Assembly: GCA_015520605.1 (NCBI GenBank)
Contig: WAPT01000024.1
Span: 1-64,000 of the forward strand
Direction of reading: 5' to 3'
Source of the DNA: Nanobdellati archaeon
GTDB lineage: Archaea; EX4484-52; WAPT01
Length of the DNA: 64,000 nucleotides
A program made the translations under genes and the position numbers. Under the pieces are notes generated by a model, which was given only the letters and a program-made list of their open reading frames with translations, ran no database searches and had not been told where the DNA came from. Positions 10,915 through 19,949 of the stretch are shown here, in pieces (the first letter of the stretch is position 1; each line of letters opens with the position of its first letter).

Positions 10915-11683
10915 GAATAATTAGAATCAACACGGAAAGCAGCAGCACGAGATACGGAGGAAGCTTCCTCTGGATTCTCACGGTTTTTATTTCGTTTTTT
11001 TTCAGCACCTCTATTTCTTTTTTTTCAAGTCTTTTCCATGGATGCACAACAACCGAAGAACTAAGTTTAAGTAAATTCATTAAGATTCTAAGCTTTGAGA
11101 GGGACAAAGAATACCTACATACACCATTAGAAGAGATCCATATTGTCTCCGCGGGAAATTCACCAACCAGGTTATGAGTTACCTCAACCTCAAGTGTTGC
11201 AAATTCCGGGACGGTGTAAAAAATTGTAATCAAAAAAACAATTTTTAAAAAAATTTCAAGTACACCGAACCTGTATGAAAGCATACAACCAATTACGATT
11301 AAAATGATAGAAAAAAAACAAATCCAACTACTACAAAATGTATTATTTCCAAATCCGAACACTCCCTTAATCTTTTCAGATAAGAAGAAGATCGAGGAAA
11401 TTATTGCAAGTGACACCAAAAAAGCAATATGTTTTGCGATTCCCAGAAATAACATCGAACACAAAAAAATAGCAAGAAACCCTGCCGAATATCCCGAAAC
11501 ATACAGTAAAGATGTTTCGAAAGCAGAGGTCACAGATTTCCAACCGAACAACCACCCCACGGTTACTACAGTTGCTACGTACAGGGAGAGTATGCTCGCG
11601 ATCGTAGCATTATAGAAATCTCTGAAGAAGTGAATTGCAAGCGCGTAAAGCAGAATTACACCACCGACCTGAACCAGCCTCAT
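10865..11683 (-). CDS. Prepilin/preflagellin peptidase (A24)-like membrane protein, GxGD motif altered to GFGN
   Basis: Multi-TM protein; FRDFYNATI resembles the first-Asp motif; C-terminal EIEVLKK...VRIQRKLPPYL resembles the FlaK/EppA tail; ATG overlaps the upstream stop codon. Confidence 0.5.
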   Translation of the reverse strand: MRLVQVGGVILLYALAIHFFRDFYNATIASILSLYVATVVTVGWLFGWKSVTSAFETSLLYVSGYSAGFLAIFLCSMLFLGIAKHIAFLVSLAIISSIFFLSEKIKGVFGFGNNTFCSSWICFFSIILIVIGCMLSYRFGVLEIFLKIVFLITIFYTVPEFATLEVEVTHNLVGEFPAETIWISSNGVCRYSLSLSKLRILMNLLKLSSSVVVHPWKRLEKKEIEVLKKNEIKTVRIQRKLPPYLVLLLSVLILIILTLLVRLLSKFQKFVV

Positions 11684-13065
11684 CTCACCTCGTACCTCCC
11701 GCACAAATCAGAAATCAACTCACCGAAATTATCCCTGAAGAACTCGATGTTCTCAAAAACATAAGTGAAGAACAGTTTTTTGAACCTGCAATCCTCGCTT
11801 ATGAAGTGGTATGGCAGCACGGATTTCGCAACACCGTAATTCTCTCTCTTGCAAAAGCCGCAGAATCCAATAAAAGGACATGATGAGCACTCAGCGGCTA
11901 CATCCTGCGGATAAATCATGGACTGGAGGAGATTAATGTAAATTTTCTTGTAAGGATCCCTTAGAGATCCTAAAAAAAACTCGGGCAGGGTTTTCATGGA
12001 GTCGCAGGGATAAACGGTACCGTCGGGAGCTATTGTGAGATGCGTTATACCTGCCCCGCAGACATCCCGGAGGCAGGAATATTGACGCACCGTGGTAAAC
12101 ACATTTTTCAGGTAATATTCCACGAACTTGTCTCTGAATCTTATTCCGTGTTTTTTAAGCTTCACTACGTTATTTATGCTTCCCTTAACAAACGATAAAA
12201 ATTCTTCAGCACTCAAAAAAAGATTCTCGTTGCTTTGGGCACGTCCCGCGTTCATCACGGGCCTGTAAAATATGAACGGCCTTTTCCATCTCAAATATTC
12301 CTTGATCACCGCATCAGCACCGCCGTTCTCCATGGTGTGCTTGGTTATGGTGGCTGTGGAGGTTGAGCCCGCCCCTGCTTCTTCGAGTAGCTGGATGGAA
12401 CAAATAACATCCTCATAAGTGCCGTGTCCGTTCGGGTATATTCTGTGTTTATCGTGGATCTCTTTCGGACCGTCCAGCGATATCGAGATACTCATTCCGT
12501 TCTTGGCGGCCCATCGCGCGATGTCTTTATCGATGAGAGTACCATTCGATACCACGATTTTCCTCACAATTCTCTTTCCTTTTTTCCTCGCCGTCCCCTC
12601 AAGCTCCTGCAGGAACTCCTGCATCAAGTCAAACCTGAGGAACGGTTCCCCTCCCTGAAACTCAATCCCAATGTATTTTTTGGGAAGTTTTTCAATGAAC
12701 CTCACACAATCTCTCATGATTTCTCCGTCCATCTCCACGAACCTTTCGGGTGAGGATTCCGCATGGCAATACCTACATGCAAGATTACACCTCAGCGTTA
12801 GATTTATCTGAACGGTCACCATCGGCATCGAATGAATATAGCCCAACCTTTTAATTATGTTCTTCAACACCCTGTTGATATTTCCCTCCGTTATGACAAT
12901 GTTTCTTTCTTCTAACTTTTTCAGAAGGTCATCACTCACCTCTCCCCTCCTGAGCATCCTCAGCTCCTTTTTGTCCAGAATTATCCAGTCTCCGAATCTT
13001 GTGGTCAGGAGCACTTTTCCATTGCTTAATTTTTTCTCGAAACATTCATTGGGTAGGTAGCGCAT
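11680..13065 (-). CDS. Radical SAM/SPASM maturase, HxsB-like
   Basis: CNLACRYC, EFQGGEP, CLRDVCGAG...GTVYPCD, CSSCPFIGFCGFC; N-terminal LLTTRFGDW extension as in HxsB. Confidence 0.8.
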   Translation of the reverse strand: MRYLPNECFEKKLSNGKVLLTTRFGDWIILDKKELRMLRRGEVSDDLLKKLEERNIVITEGNINRVLKNIIKRLGYIHSMPMVTVQINLTLRCNLACRYCHAESSPERFVEMDGEIMRDCVRFIEKLPKKYIGIEFQGGEPFLRFDLMQEFLQELEGTARKKGKRIVRKIVVSNGTLIDKDIARWAAKNGMSISISLDGPKEIHDKHRIYPNGHGTYEDVICSIQLLEEAGAGSTSTATITKHTMENGGADAVIKEYLRWKRPFIFYRPVMNAGRAQSNENLFLSAEEFLSFVKGSINNVVKLKKHGIRFRDKFVEYYLKNVFTTVRQYSCLRDVCGAGITHLTIAPDGTVYPCDSMKTLPEFFLGSLRDPYKKIYINLLQSMIYPQDVAAECSSCPFIGFCGFCKRENYGVAKSVLPYHFISEDCRFKKLFFTYVFENIEFFRDNFGELISDLCGRYEVR

Positions 13066-13079
13066 CCCACCACCCTATT

Positions 13080-14003
13080 TTATTGGGTTATGGGCACGAT
13101 TTCATCAGCGCCGAAGTAATCGATATAAGAGTACCATACCCCCCAGCATTTACTCCTCATCACGCATTTCTCGCAGGGTTCCAGCAGCCCGTAATTGTCC
13201 TCGAAACGCCTGTTTATTATCTGTTTCGTGGGTGATTTGTAACCGTAAATGGTCTTCGGCTGCGGTGCGACAAACCTCCACAGGTGTTCCGGAAGGACGC
13301 AGTAGGGGAACCCGTAGAACTTAACTCTCAGTCCCGAGCTTTCCACGATCTCCGCGGCTCTGCTGAGGTTTTCGGTGATATCCGTCATTCTCACCGCAAA
13401 GAGCTCGGCATTTCTCAGAGCGTTTCCCGTTATGTCGAGAGCATGGAAGGAAAAAGCTTTAACATCGTCAAACATGCTCAGCACAAGGCTTGCGATTCTC
13501 TCCAGCTCCGTATAGTTTGCTTTCGTGACTATCGTCTTCAGCTCAACGTTCATCCCCGCATCGAGAGCGTTTCTCACACCATGAATTGTTTCTCTGAAGC
13601 TCCCTCTCGCTCCCGTGACCCAGTCGTGTTTTTCCTCCTTCCAGGAGTGAAGCGCCACTATAACATGAATTATAGGATAAGCTGAAAGTCTCTCGGCAAA
13701 ACAGCGCGAAGATAACCTCCTGCCGTTGGTGAGGAGAACGTAACTCAGCCCGGGCCTTCTCGATTTTATCCTCTCAAGTATCTCAAAGAAGTCGTTCCTC
13801 ACGGTTGGCTCGCCACCGGAAATTTCAAGGATTTGTATGTCTTCTGGCAGTGAAAGAACAAAATTCACAAGCTCGTTGGTACTTATTTTTTCCTTTTTCG
13901 CCCTCTCTCCGGAGCTCACCGCGCATATTTTGCAGTTATTGTTGCACTGATACCCGAAAACACAGTAGGCCTTTTTTATTTTCATCGTGCTCATATTCTT
14001 CAC
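13080..14003 (-). CDS. Radical SAM protein, HxsC-like
   Basis: CNNNCKIC, SGGEPT, LLTNGR, GFPYCVLP, CEKCVMRSKCWG. Confidence 0.8.
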   Translation of the reverse strand: MKNMSTMKIKKAYCVFGYQCNNNCKICAVSSGERAKKEKISTNELVNFVLSLPEDIQILEISGGEPTVRNDFFEILERIKSRRPGLSYVLLTNGRRLSSRCFAERLSAYPIIHVIVALHSWKEEKHDWVTGARGSFRETIHGVRNALDAGMNVELKTIVTKANYTELERIASLVLSMFDDVKAFSFHALDITGNALRNAELFAVRMTDITENLSRAAEIVESSGLRVKFYGFPYCVLPEHLWRFVAPQPKTIYGYKSPTKQIINRRFEDNYGLLEPCEKCVMRSKCWGVWYSYIDYFGADEIVPITQ

Positions 14004-14057
14004 ACATGAATGAATGCAAACTGAACTGTCCTTCTCAACAAAACCATCTGCGATATT

Positions 14058-14351
14058 TTAGTGTCCCCCATTACTCCAGTTACTCCAATCACACCATTCA
14101 CTCCAATCGTGCCAGTTTATCCAGTTGTTCCAGTGGTTGTTCAACCAGTTGTTGTACTCATTTTGGAGATCCTTCCAGCTCTGCTCGTTTGTAACGCAGT
14201 TATGGTGAGTGGATTGGGTGTGTGCAAGTTTTGAAAGGAGAGGGAGGGAACACACCGCAGTAAACAGGAGAAACATGTTCAGCGCCCCTTCACAGTCATC
14301 CTTGGATACCAGCATGGATCTCATTTTTCTAAACCGATCTCTCCAGCTCAT
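14058..14351 (-). CDS. Putative RiPP precursor with Trp-Xaa-Asn/Asp/Glu repeats
   Basis: C-terminus YNNWLNNHWNNWINWHDWSEWCDWSNWSNGGH; GAAGGTG SD-like site upstream; lies between the HxsD-like and HxsC-like genes. Confidence 0.75.
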   Translation of the reverse strand: MSWRDRFRKMRSMLVSKDDCEGALNMFLLFTAVCSLPLLSKLAHTQSTHHNCVTNEQSWKDLQNEYNNWLNNHWNNWINWHDWSEWCDWSNWSNGGH

Positions 14352-14700
14352 TCTCTACACCTTCATAATCTTCAGACTGTTTTGATATGTCCGGTATCAC
14401 CCCCTTTATCGCCAGCTCCAGCAGGAGTTTTCTTACATCTCCAAACCTGCGTAGATTCATCTCTTCCATCTCCGCCTGCAGCAGTTCAGCAAAGAACGCA
14501 TCAATGAGTTCCTCTGTGTTCTCCCCTTCAGGCGGCTTTAACTCCACAGTGATCTCCTCGATACCGTCTCCGAGCACACGAACTCTGCATGTCTCAAGCA
14601 TTCTGTATGCAGCTCTCATAACAGTGCTTTTTGAATAAAGTGTCGAAGGGAGCTTTATTTTAACAATACCGTCGGCAACTTCAACAGTTTTTTTATCCAT
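14329..14700 (-). CDS. HxsD-like accessory protein
   Basis: LYSKSTVMRAAY...FFAELL...GDVRKLLLELA pattern typical of HxsD; about 123 aa. Confidence 0.7.
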   Translation of the reverse strand: MDKKTVEVADGIVKIKLPSTLYSKSTVMRAAYRMLETCRVRVLGDGIEEITVELKPPEGENTEELIDAFFAELLQAEMEEMNLRRFGDVRKLLLELAIKGVIPDISKQSEDYEGVENELERSV

Positions 14701-14759
14701 ATTCCGATTATGGAATGGGGAATTTTTATTTTTAATTGATGGAAAGGGATAACCCAGTA

Positions 14760-14960
14760 TCATTTCGGCAACAGACCGGCCACATACTTCCCAATACCCA
14801 CGATCTTGCCAAGCCACCACCAGTTGGATTGAATGGCACTGATGATGGGGGATGCCACAGTTTCAAGCAGGATGTATGCGAGGGCGATACAGAGTATAAA
14901 CACGACAATATAAATTATCAGCATTATCTGCCCGCCGACCAGAGCCTTTCTTCTGACCAT
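14760..14960 (-). CDS. Small class III signal peptide protein
   Basis: MVRRKA/LVGGQIMLIIYIVVF. Confidence 0.65.
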   Translation of the reverse strand: MVRRKALVGGQIMLIIYIVVFILCIALAYILLETVASPIISAIQSNWWWLGKIVGIGKYVAGLLPK

Positions 14961-14972
14961 AAAATCGACCTT

Positions 14973-15128
14973 TCAGCCTCCAGCCTTTTCCCAAGGGAGG
15001 TCTGCGAGACCGAAGATTTTGTCCACAGAACCTTTACCTAATTTTATTATTATAAGTACCACGGCAGTCATTAATAATATAATAAAGATGATCTCCACCC
15101 AGGAGAGACCTTTATTGCTTCCGCGCAT
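14973..15128 (-). CDS. Small pilin-like protein (51 aa, absent from the ORF track)
   Basis: Translated by hand: MRGSNKG/LSWVEIIFIILLMTAVVLIIIKLGKGSVDKIFGLADLPWEKAGG; Glu at +5. Confidence 0.75.
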   Translation of the reverse strand: MRGSNKGLSWVEIIFIILLMTAVVLIIIKLGKGSVDKIFGLADLPWEKAGG

Positions 15129-15634
15129 CAGCACTCACCTGTTTTCCCACAAGTAGAATTAATGACTATACATATGCTCTGACAATTATCTTTGGTAATT
15201 GTGATATTAGTTTCCTTACCGTCTGCGGGTGCGGTAATTTCTGCGGTGCAGGTGCCGTCATCGGACACGGTGCACTCAGCTTCCGGCTTATCATTCGATT
15301 TTATAGTTACCGTGCCGCTTGTGGTGCCTGTGAGTTTCAGGTTTATAACGCACTTTCCATCGTTGTTCTTTGTTATGTCCTTCAGCTCAATTGAACATGA
15401 TGTGCTGCTGCCACCCCCCACGGTTTCATTGACTTTCTCCCCTATGCCCACGGTTGTCTGATTTATCGATTGTTTTGTGGATTTGAACGCAGGAAGCAGA
15501 GTACCGCCGTATACCCGTATTATAATCGCAGCCATTATCATGAGTATAAGAAGAATTATTATTATTTCCAAAAATGAAAGACCTTTTTTATACCAATCCC
15601 GTATGTTTTGTGTAAACATTTTGCGTTGGGGCAT
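15128..15634 (-). CDS. Pilin-like protein with a beta-rich, Cys/Thr-rich C-terminal domain
   Basis: KKG/LSFLEIIIILLILM; Glu at +5. Confidence 0.75.
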   Translation of the reverse strand: MPQRKMFTQNIRDWYKKGLSFLEIIIILLILMIMAAIIIRVYGGTLLPAFKSTKQSINQTTVGIGEKVNETVGGGSSTSCSIELKDITKNNDGKCVINLKLTGTTSGTVTIKSNDKPEAECTVSDDGTCTAEITAPADGKETNITITKDNCQSICIVINSTCGKTGEC

Positions 15635-15838
15635 TTACCATTTACCTCCTGTTATGTTCTTCATACCTTCCTGTACCGTCTGGTTAGATTTTTCTATACC
15701 CGAACTGACGAGTTCTCCGAACTTGTGCAGGTTGGCACCCCCTATTTTAATAATAATATATCCCATAACCATGGCGATTATGATAACTATAACTATCCAG
15801 AACACCTTCTCAAAACCCTTTCGCACACTTGCCATCAA
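15635..15838 (-). CDS. Small class III signal peptide protein
   Basis: VRKG/FEKVFWIVIVIIIA. Confidence 0.7.
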   Translation of the reverse strand: MMASVRKGFEKVFWIVIVIIIAMVMGYIIIKIGGANLHKFGELVSSGIEKSNQTVQEGMKNITGGKW

Positions 15839-16023
15839 ATCACCACTCCGAATTTCGCCCTTGCAACATCCATAATTTTGTCAAAAATACTCTTTATTTT
15901 TTCATCAAGTTTAACATTCCAGTGTTTGAAAAGTACAATAAAAATAAAGGTCAGAAACACAAGCAACAGTATAATAAACACAACTTCTATATGAGATGTG
16001 CCCTTCTTTCCCTGCTTGACCAT
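15835..16023 (-). CDS. Small pilin-like protein
   Basis: GKKG/TSHIEVVFIILLL; Glu at +5. Confidence 0.75.
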   Translation of the reverse strand: MVKQGKKGTSHIEVVFIILLLVFLTFIFIVLFKHWNVKLDEKIKSIFDKIMDVARAKFGVVI

Positions 16024-16057
16024 AACTTATAAATGTGATACTCACCTTAAATATATT
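16024..16057. promoter_or_regulatory. Compact bidirectional promoter
   Basis: CTTATAAA on + about 25 nt before ATG 16058; TATATTTAAG on - about 25 nt before ATG 16023. Confidence 0.5.
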
Positions 16058-16195
16058 ATGGTATTTCTCAGCACGAATAGTACAACATACAGAAAGGGTC
16101 TGCAGCTGTCGATATCTCTTCTCATAACTCTCCTGTTCGGAATCCTGCTCCTCTACGTGCTCTTTCACACAGCATTGACATATTTTGGAAGGTAG
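16058..16195 (+). CDS. Small class III signal peptide protein
   Basis: TYRKG/LQLSISLLITLLFGILLL. Confidence 0.6.
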   Translation: MVFLSTNSTTYRKGLQLSISLLITLLFGILLLYVLFHTALTYFGR

Positions 16196-16201
16196 TGGTT
16201 C

Positions 16202-16417
16202 ATGCCGGGAGGCACATTTAAAAGAAGGAAAGGTCTTGAATTGGGCCTAACGGAATTCGGGCTGATAATGCTGGCACTTTTCATAGGTATGATTATTTTT
16301 GTTTTTTTGACCAAGGAAGGCGGATTTCTGGATAAAGTCAGAGAAACGGGATGCGACCTCAGCAGTTTCATAACAGGTTTTCTGAAAATCATCGGTATCA
16401 ATACGTCCATTTGCTAA
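16202..16417 (+). CDS. Small class III signal peptide protein
   Basis: KRRKG/LELGLTEFGLIMLALFIG. Confidence 0.7.
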   Translation: MPGGTFKRRKGLELGLTEFGLIMLALFIGMIIFVFLTKEGGFLDKVRETGCDLSSFITGFLKIIGINTSIC

Positions 16418-16425
16418 TAAACGAG

Positions 16426-19400
16426 TCACGCCCCAATAATTCTGAATTTGATCCGGATTCCCTCAGTTTCAAATTCATCTCCGTCCTCCACAGTTTCAAA
16501 CCTAACGGATATATTGGTGTCCTTTTCAATCATTTCCTTCCATCTCTCCACGAACTCCTTACTTCCCTCAACAGCAACCACAGCCTTATCCTCAAACCTC
16601 AGACCAAGTTCCTTCCTCGCGAGCTGAATTCTCCTTATGAATTCCCTTGCGATACCCTCCTCCTTAAGCTCGGGTGTTAGTTCAACCTTAAGAAGCACGG
16701 CGGTGTTCTTCACCACTCTGCCGTCATAGCCTTCGGGCAGGGAAACCAACTTCACTCTAACATCGATCATGTCTCCTGTTAGTTCAAAACCACCAATCTC
16801 GATTCTTCCATCTTTTTCAAGAGCTTCGAGCACATCCTTTCCGTTTAGAGACTTGAGCGCCTCCACAACCTCTCTAGTTCTCTTTCCGAATCTGGGTCCT
16901 ATAACATCATACCTTGGTCTCACTTCGTAATCTAATTGGATGTCATCCCTTATTTTAACTCTCTTCACATTCGCGAGTTTCATGATTATCTCCTTTAGAT
17001 TACCAAGAGCTTCGGTGAGCTCATTCGCGGAGAGCACAACCTCTTCGAGAGGCCACCTGAGCCTTATATTGCGGCTCTGCCTCATGGAGTTTACCTCCTC
17101 CACCACACCCATGACAAGATCCATTTTGCTTTCCAGAGTTTCGTCGATTTCCTTTTCGTTCCATGAAGGCCAGGACAGCAGATGTATGGATCCCTCTCTT
17201 ACAATCTCTCTGAAAACCTTGAGATAGAGGTACTCAGCAACATACGGTGTAAACGGCGCAAGCATTTTCAACACTTCGAAGTAAGCTCTGGAGATGACGT
17301 AATCCATGGCATCCCTGTCCACACCTTCATCGTACCTCTCCTTTGCTATTTTCAGGTAGAATCGCGAGAAGTCTTCCATCACGAAGTTCACGATTTCCCT
17401 GGCAGCGTAATGGAAGTGGAAGGTGTCTATGTACTCAGTAACTCTTTTTATGGTTGAGTTCAACCTCGAGAGCAACCATCTGTCTTCGGCCCTGCTTACA
17501 TACTGTTGGTTATCAAGCCTTATCTTTACACCGTACATGTCGATGAAATTGGAAATATTGACAAGAATGTTCATGAAGCGGAAAAGCTCCTTTGCTTCAT
17601 TCATGCTGAACTTGTGCGTTTCCCATGGAGCTGTGCTGTAGCATACGTAAAGCCTTAGAACATCAGCACCAAGCTGCTCGAAGGCCTCCTCAGCCGAGAT
17701 CACGTTGCCCAAGCTTTTGCTCATCTTCTCTCCTTTTTCATCAAGAACCCATCCGTTCATGCACACAACATCGTATGGCCTCTCTTTGAAAGTTGCAGCT
17801 GACATGAAAAGCATCGCGTGGAACCATCCTCTTATTTGATCCTGAGATTCATCAACCAGATCAACGCGCCACAACTTGTTAAACAGACCGCTATCATTGT
17901 AAGGGTAGCCGAGTGATGCCCAAGGAGCGACACCGCTCTCCACCCATATATTTATTATGTCTGGAATCCTTTTCATTTCCCCTCCACACTTCTCGCAGCG
18001 CAGCACAACTTTATCAACGACATGCTTGTGAAGATCATCAAGCTTAACTTCATTTATCATTCTCTCATCCAACTCCTTTTTGCTGCCGATGGCAATCATG
18101 TGTCCACAGTTCTTACACTCCCAGATTGGGATCGGAGCTCCCCAGTAGCGCTGCGTGGATATACACCAATCCTCTTCATTCTCCACCCAATGCTTCATTC
18201 TCTCCCTTGCAAAATCAGGGAGCCACATTGTTTCTTCGTTGAATTTGAGCATGAGATCCTTTATCGGATCGATGCGGAAGAACCACTGGTCGGTGGTGCG
18301 ATAAATTAAAGGTGTCTTGCACCTCCAGCAGAGCGGGTAGCTGTGTACTATTCTCTCAGCATGGAAGAGCAAACCTTTTGCTCTCAGATGTTCTATTATC
18401 TCCTTATCGGCATCCTTCGCAAACTTACCTTTAAGCCATCCAGCCTCGCTGGTAAACCTGCCCTCATCATCAACAGGAGAGAGCACGGGCAGGTCATAAT
18501 GCTGCCCGAGCTTGTTATCCTCAGGCCCGTGGCCGGGGGCACAGTGCACTATCCCTGTACCGACATTCATCGTTACCATGTGGCCGAATACTTCCTCTTC
18601 ACTCTCCTTACTTTCGATCTCTTTCTTGACCATAACCTTAGAAGCAACTACTTTCTTCAGAATCGGTACAGACAGCACTACCCTATGGGCTCTCCCGCTC
18701 TTTGCAGCTTCCTGCTGAACCGGCAGCTCTGACATGAGGGGCTCATATTCTATCCCGTCAAGATCCTTACCCTTTAAGACTTCCACAACCTCATAACTTT
18801 CAATTCCCGCTCTTTTCATCACATCTTCAAGCCTTTTCTCAGCAAGAATGAGAATCTCATCATTGACCTTCACTTTAACGTAGTTCTCGTCTGGATGCAC
18901 AACGAGAGCTACATTGGCTGGCAGAGTCCACGGTGTGGTGGTCCACGCAAGGAGGTATTCATTCTCCTTGTCCTTAACCTTGAACTTAACATAAATGGAA
19001 GGGTCTGTGACATTCTTGTATGAATCCGTTGCCTCATACCCCGAAATGGAGGTCTGACACCTCGGGCACCAGTGGATTGGTTTTTTACCCTTGACCATCA
19101 ACCCTTCATCGAAGAGCTTCTTGACGGTCCACCATGTGCTCTCTATATAGTATGGCTCATAAGTCAAGTAGGGCTGTAGCCAACCCTTCCAGGCTGCAAG
19201 ATCTTTATAGTAGTTCATCCACTCGGTAAGATTCTGAGTGGCAAACTCCTTACACATCTTTATAAAGTTCTCAACACCAACTTTTTCTTCAATCTCCTTT
19301 TTGGATTGTATGCCAAGTCTCTTTTCCATCATGTTCTCAATTGGCAGTCCGTGGCAGTCAAAACCCGGCTGGAACCAGACAGCATAACCATTCATGAACT

Positions 19401-19608
19401 TAAACTTACCCCAGAGATCCTTGAAGACTATGGTCATGGCATGCCCGGCGTGGGGTGGCGCATTTGCATACGGAGGACCATCAAGTAGATAGAATTTCTT
19501 ACCCTTTTTCTTTAGATTCTCCTCGAAGTCCACAATTTTTTCTGGGACTTTGTTCTTCTCCCAGTACGCCTTAACTTCCTGCTCGATCTTTCTGAAATCG
19601 TACTGCAT
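16426..19608 (-). CDS. ileS: Isoleucine--tRNA ligase
   Basis: DGPPYANAPPHAGH (HIGH variant), GFDCHGLPIE, WTTTPWTLPAN, DQIRGWF, KMSKS. Confidence 0.97.
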   Translation of the reverse strand: MQYDFRKIEQEVKAYWEKNKVPEKIVDFEENLKKKGKKFYLLDGPPYANAPPHAGHAMTIVFKDLWGKFKFMNGYAVWFQPGFDCHGLPIENMMEKRLGIQSKKEIEEKVGVENFIKMCKEFATQNLTEWMNYYKDLAAWKGWLQPYLTYEPYYIESTWWTVKKLFDEGLMVKGKKPIHWCPRCQTSISGYEATDSYKNVTDPSIYVKFKVKDKENEYLLAWTTTPWTLPANVALVVHPDENYVKVKVNDEILILAEKRLEDVMKRAGIESYEVVEVLKGKDLDGIEYEPLMSELPVQQEAAKSGRAHRVVLSVPILKKVVASKVMVKKEIESKESEEEVFGHMVTMNVGTGIVHCAPGHGPEDNKLGQHYDLPVLSPVDDEGRFTSEAGWLKGKFAKDADKEIIEHLRAKGLLFHAERIVHSYPLCWRCKTPLIYRTTDQWFFRIDPIKDLMLKFNEETMWLPDFARERMKHWVENEEDWCISTQRYWGAPIPIWECKNCGHMIAIGSKKELDERMINEVKLDDLHKHVVDKVVLRCEKCGGEMKRIPDIINIWVESGVAPWASLGYPYNDSGLFNKLWRVDLVDESQDQIRGWFHAMLFMSAATFKERPYDVVCMNGWVLDEKGEKMSKSLGNVISAEEAFEQLGADVLRLYVCYSTAPWETHKFSMNEAKELFRFMNILVNISNFIDMYGVKIRLDNQQYVSRAEDRWLLSRLNSTIKRVTEYIDTFHFHYAAREIVNFVMEDFSRFYLKIAKERYDEGVDRDAMDYVISRAYFEVLKMLAPFTPYVAEYLYLKVFREIVREGSIHLLSWPSWNEKEIDETLESKMDLVMGVVEEVNSMRQSRNIRLRWPLEEVVLSANELTEALGNLKEIIMKLANVKRVKIRDDIQLDYEVRPRYDVIGPRFGKRTREVVEALKSLNGKDVLEALEKDGRIEIGGFELTGDMIDVRVKLVSLPEGYDGRVVKNTAVLLKVELTPELKEEGIAREFIRRIQLARKELGLRFEDKAVVAVEGSKEFVERWKEMIEKDTNISVRFETVEDGDEFETEGIRIKFRIIGA

Positions 19609-19949
19609 GGTGATCACACAGCTTAATGTTTAAGGGAGGAAAATTTTTAAGGGTAAACGAGACATGAGGAAAAACAAAATCACATTGTTGAATGAAAATT
19701 ATTTTAATTTTTAAAAGGTTTTAAAAGAAAAATTCCCGTAAACAGAACTGCGTACTGCATACTGATATTAAGTTAAGGAGCACAAGCTCGAGGTTAGTAA
19801 TATTCCTTTACTCTCTGAAGTCGGAATTGTATTGACGGTTTAAGACTGCCAATGGTTTGAAGGATAAGAAACAAAAAGTGAGAGATTCTACGAGAAAAAT
19901 TAATCTGGTCAATCGGTGTTAGCAGAAATAATGTTGAGGTGTCTGAAAT

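Noticed and set aside
14058-14200. DNA-level microsatellite explanation of the Trp repeats
   Set aside because: Codons between the TGG triplets vary while the W-x-N/D/E pattern is kept, which points to protein-level selection.
16426-19608. Intein in IleRS or other large ORFs
   Set aside because: Lengths are family-typical and I saw no splice-junction or LAGLIDADG motifs.
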